A stretch of DNA of 64,000 nucleotides from assembly GCA_024137785.1 (NCBI GenBank), contig JAHRHZ010000035.1, forward strand, positions 20,696,677 to 20,760,676, written 5' to 3'. Below, in pieces: positions 24,601-37,611 of the stretch. The stretch is from Ginglymostoma cirratum (lineage: Eukaryota). The position numbers and the translations under genes are program-made. Each line of letters opens with the position of its first letter. Positions within the stretch are counted from its first letter, which is position 1. Under the pieces are notes generated by a model. It ran no database searches, had not been told where the DNA came from, and was given only the letters and a program-made list of their open reading frames with translations.

Positions 24601-27600
24601 AGACACCAGATGCTTAAATTAAGCATTGGCAAACGCATGCTGAATGTTGATAAATGCTATTTAAAGAGCCACAAACTCCCAATCTGTTAATATAAATGAT
24701 ACTAATACACATAACACAACTAAGCAAAAACACACATCCTTCTAATAGGTGACTGAACAAAATTTTTAGAATTCATAACTAGGGACAACAAAACCTTTAA
24801 CATTAAAAAGAAAACAAGCATGAAATATAGTTTTTTTAAAAACCCTTTTTTGAACATCTTTATTTATATTCCTTGATTGAAATTTGCCTATGAACTAAAA
24901 AATGTTTAGATAATGTCTCGTTTTAAAGTATTTTGGATTGCGAAGTGCACATCTGCAAAACAAAATGCAATTTTAAAATTTTACTTGAAGATATGAAAAG
25001 TAATAGCATTTGACTTTCAGTAGTTACGATGATTTCCTTAAATCCAAATAGATGGAGCATCTCACTAACACTGATCTTGTTCCAGAAACACAATGCATAG
25101 TTGCTGTAGCAATGATAATAGTCAGAGAAACTAAATACCAGTCAAATGATGTCAATTTCTCCGATTTAAAATGAGAAAGCTGAAATGTGGAAAGTTCTCA
25201 AACCTAATCATTTCAGCACTGCATTAACTGAAGTCTTCTGTAATTTTAGTTTATATTTGCTTGTCTGATTTCACAAGCTTAACTAAGCTTCAATTCAACA
25301 TAAATTAGAAGAAAATCAACTTGACCACGAAAGCACTTTTTTTAAAGAAAATGCTTTATATAAGTATAGACATTTCAACAGCATTTTAGTACACAACAAC
25401 TTGTTTCTAAGAAAATGTCACACTTAAGTGGCAAGTAAGGTCTGCTCTGTGGCATTGCTCATTTGGAAACACAGAGTGTGAAACAATGTAATTATATTTA
25501 ACGGTTACAAGGGAAGCCCATTTAATTTCACTTGCCCTTTGAAGCTATTATTCAAGTAGTCCCTGTGGAGTACTAGTTTAAATAAGATGAGCATGAGGTC
25601 AGTTTGGCAGTTGCTTGTAAATCTCTGGTTCCTATTCTTGAATGAACAGCCAGGTTATAAAGGTCAGAAAAAAATTGTTTTTCTTTCTCCCGTTTGATTA
25701 CATTCTTGACACGCCACAAGTGATCAATATGCTACATAAATACTTTGTATACCGAGGCTGGGGAAAAGATGAGTGGAGAAAGGAAGCAGGCAGAGAATAG
25801 CATACAGTGCAAATATTAAAGGGCGTAATAGACCACAGCATGTAAAAACCATTGAGCAGAACTCAGCAGCCAAAGAACACAATACATTGCTAGTTTTGAA
25901 TAAAAAGAGTAGCCCAGTATTGATGACAAGGAGCAGATCATCAGTGGGATGATAGATAGGCACATCAGTTTCAAATGAGGCAATACTGAAGGTCAGAGTG
26001 AGTAAACAAGGCTAGAAGTAGCTGAGAGCACAATGTTGGGATCCCAGCTGATATTATCACTGGGCACATCAGATCCCAGACTGATATCTGGCTTGGCAGA
26101 TCATATTTTGCTTGGTTTTTACTTAACAAGGTGGTACTTCACTGAAACAAAAGCACGCAATGTTTTTCTTATGGAACAGAAAAGATAAAGAAGAATAAAC
26201 CAAACTATTTACATACAACGCAATTTGAAAGATTCTGAAATATACCACAAAATACAATCCCATTTATCCCAACACCATCATTTTCAGTACTCAAACACCA
26301 GAGACCTTCATTCCCTATCACATCTATTAGTTTGACTTATCTGATTCTTTCAATTCCCAGTCTTGAGAGTCTGGTAGCTTTTTATTTGCTTAAACCACAC
26401 AATTGAGCTTAAACTTTCACAACTTCAAATACCCACTTCCGTGTTCTAACCAAAAACTCCTGTGTTCAAGCTTGCAACTAAAACCCTTGCCCTGAAGTAA
26501 CTCATTTCCTAACTGTTCTAAAGTAACTCCTTTCTCCAGGAGAAACTGTTTCTTACATCGGACTTCAACCAAGCCTTTTTTCAAACTAAAACCAAAAGCT
26601 TTCCAAGCAAAGGGTTTCTCCCCTAAGCAAAAAAAAAAAATTTGGGATTGTCCTAAATCAAAAGCAAGCTGATGCTTTTCATCTTTACTCTGTCCAATTG
26701 TAAATCTCTCATATTACAAACAAATTCTCATTAACACCCCAGGGATTCTCTTTCTCTCCCATACTGATTCTCGAATAATCATAAAACTTCCTCATACACA
26801 CAAAATTCAAAACCTGCACACCACTATCTATATACAATATATAACAATCACACACCTTACATCACAATGAGAACTAGAGTTAAACTAAGCAATAAATTGA
26901 GTGCTGAAGAACAAAGAACAGCAGAGGGGAGGAATAAAAACAAATTAGAGAAAGGTGTTCAAGAAGTATAAACATGCACATACAAAAACATGACATGAAC
27001 AAAGGTAACCTTACTTTTTCACATGAACTTACATGATGCCTATATGACAAAAACTCATGCAACATGCTGCCTAAGTTAAGATTGAGTCAGTTACTCTATA
27101 TCATATAATTACATTATTTCTTTCAAACTGTCAGCTACCTGTGTCCTGTCTTAACTATTAGTTTGAACCCATATGCTTCATTCTCCAATTGCAAATTAAG
27201 TATTGAAAGCATAATAATCACTGGAATTTGCTCGTTAAAATGGCACACATTACTGTTATATTTCAGTGTGTTAACCTTTAGGTTCACAACTATGATCCTC
27301 ACGAATTGAATCTTTGAGCTTAACTGGGCTGCTGGAACAAATAGCAAGGAAACCATTGAGGACGTAAAGTAATCATGAGGCAAGTCAGGGTCTTGCTTAT
27401 TTTTTATTTGCTCTGGGAGAAAAGGACCAAGAAGTCCAAAGCTCGACTAAACATAAAAAACTGCATTACCAAATTATTAAGATGATGAGGACAGTACATA
27501 TTATGTCATTCTCACGTAAGACTGACATCACCATTTAATTTCTTTTGTTAAAGAGCCAATTTTCTGAAGCAACTCCGAGAGACACGTATTTTAATTGGAT

Positions 27601-29314
27601 TTTTACAAGTCTTGAAAACTAAGTGTGGAATAGAAACATAAATAAGCTCCCAGCATCAATAATGACAGCATGCCTTGGTTGATGGCTAAACAAGAAACTT
27701 CTCCTCCATAAACTATATGGTATGGGAGACCAGAACAGAATAAAATGATTAAAAGGTTAAAACACATCAGCATTCTTACGGCAAAAAAAAAAATCAGAAA
27801 TGAGTAAATAAGCACTATTTGGCTATGATATTACTAGTAAAATGTTTCTGCTTCTTTGGATCTTAGACATTGAAAATGATAACAATACCATAGCACATGA
27901 CTATCGAATAAAAACACTTCAGAAATATTAGTTGAAGTTAGATTTCCAAATATTTAACTGAGCATGCATGACAACCTTTGACCCATAAGTAGTACCAGTT
28001 AAATTTGTAATTTCTAAAGTTCTACAAAACCTGTAATTCATTTTTTAGATGTTTGAAAATGTAGCAGCCATGTGGTAAAACACAAAAGAAAGATTAAGTC
28101 AAAAGCCAACTGTAACAGGAGGGAAAACAGAGAAGGCACAGTTATGAGGAGCTGTGGTTGAAATACACAAACAGGCCAGAAAACCAGAGTGTTACAGCAG
28201 AGGTTATGAAGTAGATTGTCTTAAGGCTGCTGCTTCAGATTTGCCAGAACTGACCAGACCATTGTATAAGATTGATTGAAGCAGTCCAATAAAGGCATTT
28301 CTGGGGCATCTGTGCCATAAAGGCTATTATGAATATTGCCAAGGAAATTCTGCAGGAGTGTATCATTCAAGTGACCACCGTCTCCCCGGACCTTGGATTG
28401 AACGTGACTGACAATGAATGCAAAGTGAGAAATCGCCTGCACCAGATATCAAGTTAAAGAAATTTGGAACTGCATGTGGCACTATATTTGTTCAGAGTGT
28501 GATGCAGGTACTTCTGATTATGCAAGTCATAGTTTTGTTGAATCAACTATTTAAAGAGAAATTTACTTTTCATTTGAAGTATCATTTGCCTGTTCATTCA
28601 TGTGTAATTTGTGCTAAAGTAAAAACTCCAAGAGGTGAAATCTTATTGATATTTTCTTGACTTTGGGGTCATTTAGTAAATTTGGTTCTTTAACTTTATT
28701 CACCTATGGGAAATTGTGGTGTAGCTTCATAAACACAGCTGTACTTGTATGAAGGGATATCAAATTAGAATTATAGTGTGCAAGTGAAAATTTTATGCTG
28801 CAGTGAATGACGTGATGCAATAGGAATTGTGCTCCTCCTGGACTAGAAATCACTCCTCCAACACTCCTATGCACAAGTCTACAACAATGCCTCAAATCAG
28901 AACTTTGCCAAACCACAAGTGCAGTATCTTTATTCATCATATTTCTCAATTTGATAGCAGATGCTAACTTTCATCATCATTCACCATGATAATTAAGCAG
29001 TAAAGAAAGTCTCTACGTCTCATCATAGAAAACATATGGATTGAAATAATGTGTTCAATAAAACAATGCATGCTCATTGCTCTCAGACACATTACCTTAA
29101 CGAACAGAAAACAGTAACAGGAATACGCCAATTGACCCTTCGAGCCTCTTCTGCCATTCAATTTGATCAGGGCTGATCATCCTACTCAGTATCCTATTCC
29201 TTCTTCCACCCCATATACTTTGAACCTTTTAGTTCTAAGAATTATATCTGACTCCTTCTCGAAAACATTCAATGTTTTGGCCTCAACCACTTTCTCGAGC
29301 AGAGAATTCCATAG

Positions 29315-29546
29315 TGTCAGTGTCAACGCAGCGTGGAGCTGGAGGAACACAGCAGTTCAAGCAGCATCAGAGGAGCAGGAAAGTTGACGTTTCGGATCAG
29401 GACCCTTCATGAGACCGGTTCTGATGAAGGGTCTCGACCCGAAACATCGACTTTCCTGTTCCCCTGATGTTGCCTGACCCGCTATATTCGTCCAGCTCCA
29501 TACTGTGCTGACTCTGACTCCAACATTTGTAGTTCTTGCTATCTCT
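29315..29546. mobile_element. Penelope family A fold-back element with hammerhead cores on both arms and an 11-bp TSD
   Basis: Arms are symmetric about accggt (29414-29419); TSD gaattccatag (29304-29314) / gaattccacag (29547-29557). Confidence 0.85.
29417..29452 (+). ncRNA. Hammerhead ribozyme motif (family A, plus arm)
   Basis: ggtt-CTGATGA-A-GGGTC(tc)GACCC-GAAAC-ATC-gact; stem III has an ACGT to ACAT change consistent with CpG decay. Confidence 0.6.
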
Positions 29547-30995
29547 GAATTCCACAGGGTCATCACTCTCTGGGTGAAGAAATTTCTCCTCATCTTAGTT
29601 CTAAATAACCTACTCATATCCTTAGACTGTGACCCTGGTTCTGGATTTTACTTTTTGTCCTGATGACCAGGGAGTCAGAACCAAAGTTAGCTTATGCTAC
29701 TTTCAGGTTGTGCAGTTTTTCGCTGCTGTGCATCATGTAAGTTTTGTTTTTTGCATCAGTTACAGATGTCATCTGAAGACCACAGTGCATACTTTGCAGT
29801 GAGCAACCAGCTATTGTTATGTCCAACAGCAATTTGGGAATGCCTCATCTTCCTGCTGTAGCTGTCATATAATGGGAGCACAGTAAAAATTACAAGTGTT
29901 GATACACCAAAGCTGTACCTCAGCATCCCAAACAAAAAGGTATTTCCATGATTCTCAAGTTATGCTGTGAAGAACTTTTCAAATGGTGAGAGGCTATTCA
30001 TCCCAGATAACATCAAAGTACATGTCGAGACAGACAGTAATTCATGCCCAACAAGCTTCAGGTGTCTTTGGGTGTGCAGGATCAATGATAAATGGTCAAC
30101 ATTTTCTTTAACTCTGTGCCATAAATAAACTCCATTACCAGCAGCTTCTTTCAAGGCAGAAATAGTCACTCAAGACGAACAGTGGGACCAACAAGACCTG
30201 CTCATTAAGAGAAGATACATTCTGTGCACTCTTCACACCCGCATTTACCACCGACGCCGACACTGACCACTCTTGTGTCAGTACATCAAAACACGATGAC
30301 TTGTACTTGTAACAATGCCAATCCCAGCACTTTTCTCTGTTGGTCAAACTGCCACCCAGCAAAGGTTTACCAAGAAGTGCTAATGCTGGTTTTAACTAAG
30401 CTTTGAAGTAACAAGGTTCAACCATCTATGAAACAGCAGAAGTATCATTGGCAAGGCCAAAAACTGCTAAGACTAGTTTGACACCTGTGTTGTGTATTGT
30501 TTACACAGTTATATATTAAGTGAGGCAGAAATTAAAATGGTGTTTTGAAGTAGTTTGAAACGTAAAGCAGCCAAGAGATAATGGTACATATTCATTTAGT
30601 AGTAACTGCTGATATTGGGTAACATGTTTAAGAAACTTAATTGAGCTGTTTTATGTAGTTCCTTGTTTTTCATTAATAGCTTTTCAGAAGTGACTACATT
30701 AAAGCAAAAATACACGATTAACAGAATGTAGTTACTTGAGCCAAACAAGTTAGACGCTCAAAACTCAAGTATAATGTACACTTTTAATATGCACCATACA
30801 CAGCTTTTAATTTTAGTAACAGACATACACAGTGATAAAAACAATTTACATAGAATAGATTAATGGATGCATGTATAGCGGGTGTGTAGCTGTTCTGCAT
30901 TTTAAATTAGAAGTACGCGTTAAAGATTACCCAGACCTGGGCTAAGAACCAATTACTCATTAAACATGTTATATGCAATGTGAGATGATCACAGG

Positions 30996-31047
30996 AGTCT
31001 ATAATGTATTTCTAGAAACAGAGTCTAGAATGTATTTCCAAGAACAA
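30996..31047. repeat. Imperfect tandem duplication (about 26-bp unit x2)
   Basis: gagtctataatgtatttctagaaaca followed by gagtctagaatgtatttccaagaaca. Confidence 0.65.
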
Positions 31048-32445
31048 TGATTGAAACATAACAAAAACTAAACATATGCATTATACTCAACCAGTTTTGG
31101 TCCCTGTACATAGTGAAGAATACTGAAATTCTGAACAGAGTGCAGTGCACCGCAATCATTATTTTAAAAAATCTTAGAAATCTTAATTTGGGCAAAGAGA
31201 AATATCTTTTGACTTTGGAAAAAGACCAGTTTAGAGGAGCTGTGATTGAGATATTTTAAAACCGAGGAATTCAATTGCAGCCTGTGTAGAAATGGGCAAG
31301 TCATACTTGTAAAGAGTTGAATTTTCAACAATTAAAACTACATTTGCTGTGAAAATGATGGGTGGCAGGCATTCCTCTATTTTCACTGTTTTTGAGTAGT
31401 ATCAAGTGTCATGTCAGATAATGTCTTGGCCTCTCCACCTCTATGCACTCAATAATCATTAAAGGAATGGTACTGTAAATTAATTATTACAAGTTCATAA
31501 TATGATAATCTAACTCACAAAAAACTGCTATTAAACAGACATCAGTCTAGGTATTCATTTAACTTTTCATCCAGATTACACATTTTAGGCAATTAATTTT
31601 GGCAATTACAAACTTTGCCACAGCACACAAACAAAAATTGCAATGTTGCAGTATTTAGAGAACACAGGAACCTACTTTGAACTACTGCTAACTCTTGCCA
31701 TTTCAGAATCTCTTTTTGATAATCAGATTCAGAAAATAAAATAGAATCAGAATTAGTTGACACTAAGTTCCATTAGGAACTAGAGCTATAAATTTCAACA
31801 GTTTAATCCTTTCACTAACAACTTGTATCTATCAATGTCTTCAGTACTAAACTAAGTTTTAGGTATTATGAGTAGAGCTTTACAATTGTTCTTTGTGTAT
31901 CAAATTTAAGTCTTTAAGAAATCTTTGCTTAAATACTTAATTACATCTGTTTCGTCCATTTTTTCCAAGAACACAATAAAAAAAAAACTACAATCTGGAA
32001 TATAGGCCTATATTATACAGATTTCATTTTAATCCAACATTAGTATAGATCAGTGTGTGTGTCAGCTATTAATTCAACAAAATACAGCATAATCCACAAA
32101 CTAGCATAGAAACCGATGTTCTCTTTTAACTTTTCAGTTTTGCTGCAAGTAACCTGGTTCAGCATAGTATAGTGCAATGTTAAACAAAACCAAGAAGCCT
32201 GTGTCATTTTGTTTTAAGAGAATGCTGTTACCCAAAACAAATATGAAACTACTGCGCATGAAAGAGTCTGATAAACACAGAGGGTCCTTGCCCCTAAAAT
32301 AATTCATTTAGGATTGACCTCTTAGTACAATGACCTGTTGGGAAAGGATATGAAAATCTTGTCTGTCAGCTAAAATGTGATGCTTGTCACAATCCAGAAG
32401 CTAATGTTAAATTCAGTGTTTGTGTAATATTCTCTGTTGTCTCAC

Positions 32446-32565
32446 CTTAGAATACAGAAGCAAGTTTTGGCCCCAGAAGATAAGCGACAGAATCCAAACC
32501 TCTGCTTGCTGTCAATGTCAGTGAGTACAAATGTAAAGTTCTGGCCAACTTGGCTGACTGTAAGG
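32446..32565 (-). CDS. DENND1A: DENND1A internal coding exon, 120 nt, uDENN domain (probably the human exon 5 equivalent)
   Basis: Minus strand cctgctttgttcttctttcag|C CTT ACA GTC AGC CAA ... TGT ATT CTA AG|gtgaga = (S)LTVSQVGQNFTFVLTDIDSKQRFGFCRLSSGAKTCFCIL(S). Splices in frame to the 60927-60976 exon (AG+C = Ser) and continues the recalled DENND1A sequence. Confidence 0.96.
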
Positions 32566-33129
32566 CTGAAAGAAGAACAAAGCAGGAGTGTATTTTCAAC
32601 TGACCATTAGATAAAGATGTCTAATCAAATCATGTCATTGAACCAGCATAGCTGAATTCCAGTCAGAGATTTTCCCAAAAACTCTGAAAGTAATGATATT
32701 GAAAAGTTACAAATGTTTCATTTTTTAATATTATGTTAATTATACAGTGGGGGAAGTTGCTATAATTACAGGACATCTATAAAAGATTATTTTATCAATT
32801 TCTTTTGAGAAAATTATGTCATTATAACTTGGATATATTGCATCAAAATATATTGATTCTATAGCACTAGTATAACAATTGCAACAGAGACCACAGCAAT
32901 GTTGCAAGCTTGATACTGTGTATGCATTATTCTGCATTATCTAGTTTCCTCATATATACAATCAACTATCAACAAAAAAGAGACAGCAAACTAGGCCAAG
33001 TTACAAAATAGCCCATGATTTTGAAATGTTAATTTTTTTTTAACTTGTGTTGCATATATGCAGAAGTGATTGTAATACTTGTCATCAATGTGCTGGCTAA
33101 CAGGTTGATTCTATACATTAGCTGAGGAT

Positions 33130-33510
33130 CAAATGATGGCATTCTCACCTCTAAGTCAGAATATTCAGAGTTGAAGTCAATGCCAGGGTTTCAGCGCAAA
33201 AATAAAGCCTAACACTCCAACACAATACTCAATGAGTGCTGCACTGTCAGAGTTGCTATCTTTCGGAGGAGACATTAAATCCCATGACCTAATCGACTGC
33301 ATGTAAAACATTCCATAACTCACATTATCAGTCAATCATCATCACAGAAAGGTTATCTAGGTTTGATTATACTACTGTTCATGCAATTTACACAATGTTG
33401 GCTTCCATGTTGTGCTTCTTACTGTAACAGTAAAAACACTTCAAAAAGGTTGCATAACTTTGAAATATCTGGTACTCATGCAGCATCCTATACAAGTCTA
33501 AGTATTTCTT
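33130..33510 (+). mobile_element. Deu-domain SINE relic (SacSINE1/AmnSINE1-like)
   Basis: ctcacctctaagtcagaa head; core caatactcaatgagtgctgcactgtcagagttgctatctttcggaggagacattaaa resembles the recalled Deu-domain consensus; L2-like tail cacttcaaaaag..tatacaagtctaagt. Confidence 0.6.
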
Positions 33511-33539
33511 TCCTCCTATATGCAATTCATACGGTGACA

Positions 33540-33715
33540 TTTTTATTCATTCATGGGATATGGGTTTTGATGGCTTAGCCACCATTTATTGCCTACCTCT
33601 AAATGCCCTGGAGAGAAATTGACAGTGAACTGCATTTTTGGACCACTGCAGCCCTCAGGGTGCAGGGAAACTGACAGTGTTGATAGGAGGGAGTTGACAG
33701 GCTGTTCACCCAGGA
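33540..33715 (-). mobile_element. 3' tail of CR1/jockey-group LINE
   Basis: ttattcattcatgggatatggg..catttattgcctacctctaaatgccctggaga matches the reverse-complement LINE/SINE tail. Confidence 0.65.
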
Positions 33716-34424
33716 ACTGAAATTTGTATTAAAACCAAGTTTCTCAGTTTTATTCATCTACACTTCTCCATTGCATTTTCTGGTTTGATGAATTTTCATT
33801 CCCCTGTTATTACTTTTTCTTCTTTATTGATTTTTTTTATGCCTCTAGCTTCTGATATTCTGTTCTTAACATTATTTAATTGTACCTCTTATTTCAGATT
33901 TCTGCTTCTTTTATGTTTTAAGCTCTGCATCATTTTTGCATCTACGCTCTGTCTCACAACTTCCAATGTTATGCACCTAGGGTTAAAACTGTCAATGCAG
34001 ATGCTGCTTGCAGACTGCTGCCAGAATACTGCAACATCAATACTACAAACCCATCTAAAAATTAGTCTTCAGTTATATTAGAAATGACAGACAAGTGCCA
34101 AAGTCAAACTAACATTTTTGTGCTTCTTTGCTTAATGTCAAAGTCAGTTCAAACAATTACAACACAAAGACTCATTACCTGCCCAATTTGAGATAGTCAC
34201 ACATTTAATACATACCTGTTCATGGAAGTGTTATATTCACTTTTTGATACTAGTTATATGGGCCACAACATAATCCTAATTTAGCTTCCAAGGTTTTCAA
34301 TCAGTTCATTTCATCAAAGCACTATCTCAGATAATCAGAAATCTAACTAGAAATTTGCAAATTGTATGTACAGTACTAACAGCACACTGCTTTGCCTGTG
34401 CATTTTTCTAAAGGGCCTGTTTTT

Positions 34425-34705
34425 TTTTATTATTTATTCATTTATGGGAAATGGGCATCAGCTGCAAGGCCAACATTTAATGTCCATTTCTAATTCTAAG
34501 TGCCCTCAACAACTGGTAGTGAGCTGCAGTACTGTCAGGAGGACTTTCCAAGATTATGACAATGAAAGAACAGCAACAAATTTCCAAGTCTTCACTGAGA
34601 GAACTTTGGAGGGTAACTTTCAAGTGGTGTAGCTTCCATGTGTCTGCTTTCCTTATCCTTCTAAGTAGTAGAAGTTAAACATTTGCGATGAGCTATCAAA
34701 GACAC
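34425..34705 (-). mobile_element. 3' fragment of CR1/jockey-group LINE
   Basis: ttattcatttatgggaaatgggcatc..ttggagggtaactttcaagtggtg..ccatgtgtctgct homologous to 47780-48100. Confidence 0.65.
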
Positions 34706-34709
34706 CTTC

Positions 34710-35079
34710 TGTAGCGACTGCAGCAAGGTCAGCCAGGTGGACCTCATAGTATAGGAGCTTGCTGATTAGACCAGATTAACAGCCCCAATCAGGGAATCCT
34801 GGCTGACAGATGAGAACAGGAGTATCAGACACCCTGTCAGGCTCTGAGGGAGCTGGACAGTGTCAATGATTCTCCACGTGCAAATAAAGGGTGACGTAGT
34901 AAAAACCGAAAGAACTGCAGATGCTGTAAATGAGGAACAAAAACAGGAGTTGCTGGAAAAGGTCAACAGGTCTGGCAGCATCTGTGAAGGTAAAAACAGA
35001 GTCAACATTTCAGGTCCGGTGACCCTTCCTCAGAACTCTGACTTGGAGATGGGATACCAGCTTCTGTGGAGTTATTTCA
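34710..35079 (+). mobile_element. 5' LTR of a Gypsy retrotransposon (contains a PLE insertion)
   Basis: Begins TGtagcgac, ends gttatttCA, internal aataaa, immediately followed by PBS-like gtggcaataacag. Confidence 0.72.
34900..35040 (-). mobile_element. Penelope family B terminal repeat with hammerhead motif, inserted in the LTR
   Basis: Minus strand cagagtt-CTGAGGA-A-GGGTC(accg)GACCT-GAAAT-GTT-gactctg with a 7-bp stem I; sequence matches 16478-16610 and 55335-55400. Confidence 0.8.
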
Positions 35080-36812
35080 GTGGCAATAACAGAAAAGCAG
35101 GCTTGCAACAGTTGTCTTTGACTTGGGGTAAGCATTTTTGACATCATATCATCATTTGTGAAGCTTGAGTTTCTCGATCCTGCTGTTGAAGGCTGGGCCC
35201 ATTATGTGGAAAGTTCATATATACACAAAGCTTCATGAAGGTGGTCATTGGCCATACGTGCTTCCAATTGCATTTAAATGAGGATTCCCAAAAGTATGCG
35301 AGATTTAATACCCATAAGGGTTTGTACCAATATATGAGACTAAGATTTGGGGTATCAAAACCCAAGCAATTTTTCAGCTGACGATGGAGAACATTTTACA
35401 CATTTTCTGCATGAGGTCACCATTTATCTAGATGATATGCTAATAACAGGGACTGCGTACAGAACTTGGATATCGTCGTTTCTCCTCAGCAGGCATACTC
35501 TTTAGAAGGGAAAAAGGTGTGTTCCAGGCACCCCAAATGACCTACTTGGGCTACAGAGTCGACCACACCGGGTTACACCACTGGAAAAGAAAGTGAGGGC
35601 GCCTGTACCAGAGCTTAGGTCTTTCCTTGGACTAGTGAATTATTATGGGAAGTTCAACAATAACCTGGCTTTGATCCTGGCATTCCCTGCACCAACTCTT
35701 AAAAAAAAATTCAGCCAAGACACAGCTTTCAAGGAAGATAAGAAACAGCTATTGTTGCTAAGGTGTTAACACACCATAATCGCAAGCAAGATCTGGTATT
35801 GACATGTGACGCCTCCCCGTACAGCATCAGGGTAGTAATATTAGCTCATAGATGGCCTAATGGAGAGGAGGACCCAATAGCATATGTATCTAGGACTTTG
35901 GGTAATGCAGTACGTAAATCTGCCCAGATACAGAAGGAAGGCTTGGTGGTCATATTTGGAGTCAGGATGTTCCATCAACACTTTTACGGACATAAATTTG
36001 TAGTAATAACCGATCACAAACCCCTGCTAGGGCTAATTAAAGAGGACAAGGTAGTGTCACCCATCGCTTCAGGCTGAATTCAGCAGTTGGATTTAACACC
36101 AAGTGTGTGTAATTACTAGTCAGAACACTATCAGGGAGGACAAATAGCGAATGTGGATGCATTGAGCCGCCTCCCACTGGCAGATACACCACTGGTGGTA
36201 CTGCCACTGGAAGAGTCTGTAATGGTCTTAAGTTTTCTGGACACATCTTCCAGTCAGAGCTACAATATCAGACTTCGAACGCAGAAAGATCCAGTCCTGG
36301 CAAAACTGAAACAGCTGGTGGTGATCGGGGAAACCAAAGGACAATCACGACCAGAATCAAAACCTTTCTGGACCCCAAGAGACCAGATCACAGTAGAGGG
36401 CAGCACAGTGGCTCAGTGGTAAGCACTGCTGCCTCACAGCGCCAGGGACCCGGGTTCGACGTGGAGTTTGCACATTCTCCCCATGTCTGCGTGGGTTTCC
36501 TCCGGGTGCTCCGGTTTCCTCCCACAGGCCAAAGACGTGCAGGCTATGTGGACTGGCCGTGCTAAATTGCCTGTAGTGTTCAGGGATGTGTAGATTATGT
36601 GGGTTATAGGGGGATGGGTCAGTGTGGACTTGTTGGGCTGAAGGGCCGGTTTCCACACAGTAGGGATTCTATTCTATCCTATCCTAAATTATTATGGGGA
36701 GCTACAGTGACTGTCCCGAGCAAAGGTTGCCGCCAGATACTAGCTGAACCCCCACCAGGGTCATCCAGAGTTTCCAAAATGAAGATGGTGGCAAGAAATC
36801 ATCTGGTGGCCA
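35080..36812 (+). mobile_element. Internally deleted, degraded Gypsy (K02A2.6-like) pol: RT, RNase H, start of the integrase Zn-finger
   Basis: NTHKGLYQYMRLRFGV and YLDDMLIT (about 35305-35450); LTCDASPY..PIAYVSRTL..KEGL..ITDHKPLLGL; DALSRLPL; SKMKMVAR. Many stops and frameshifts; no 3' LTR seen. Confidence 0.9.
36398..36686 (+). mobile_element. HE1-type V-SINE inserted in Gypsy pol
   Basis: A box gtggctcagtgg, B box gggttcga, V-domain gtggagtttgcacattctccccatgtctgcgtgggtttcctccgggtgctccggtttcctcccaca, CR1-like tail ttgggctgaagggcc and attct/atcct repeats. Confidence 0.92.
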
Positions 36813-37611
36813 GGGGTGGATACATCCCACAGGCACACCTTTGCTACTTCACCCCAGTGTTATTTGAACCCCATTATCTCCTCATACCTCCAACACCTCC
36901 AGTGTGTAAAAAGCTCCTGAGATAACGACCTCCCCAGGTTTATTAGCTCTCCACTTCTAGGGATGTTTTGTCCCCTCTCTCTCTCAATTTTCCACTTGTT
37001 TCACTTTTTCCATTTTGTGCACCCTTTCCCTTCACCCTACCTTTCAGCTGCCTCACCATCTGCAACTCCCCCTTAAGATCAGCCTTAAGCCTCCCATTTT
37101 GAACAATATTTTCCTTTTTGTCCCCTCACTCCTTTATATCTTTGATGTACAATAGGGTTTTTGTTCCTGTATTAAATATTCTACATCAATACAAATTGCA
37201 GTGTTTTGTTATGGGGAAAGAAGCAATTGATATTTTAAACACATCAAAGCTCTCTCAAGCAAAGTACTGAAATGATTCAATACAATGCTCCATTATATAC
37301 AGAAGGAATTTTTTTGACAAAGAACAAATTCAAACACTTGCCAAGAACAAAGGTTTAATAAATTAATGCAAAGCATTAAATGGAAATATTGGAAGCATTT
37401 TTTGAGCTATGATTTCATTACTCCTGTGGTAACTGCGAGTTGCTGGTCAAGTTGTGTCGGACCTCCAAAAGCTGAGTAATAACAGTTGCTGACAAACTCA
37501 GCATTTAAGTAAACGGAGTAGTGTGAATTTTGTGGGTTGAGCTCACAGATATTCACGAAACATGCCAGAAAAAGTTAAAATTAAAATTAACTTAAAATTA
37601 ACTTTTGCCCA

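Larger units (their letters stand above)
29100..29645 (-). mobile_element. CR1 LINE 3' tail split by a Penelope fold-back insertion
   Basis: cccttcgagcctcttctgccattcaa..gaattcca [insert] gaattccacagggtcatcactctctgggtgaagaaatttctcctcat; minus frame RNFFTQRVMTLWNS is the CR1 ORF2 end. Confidence 0.8.
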
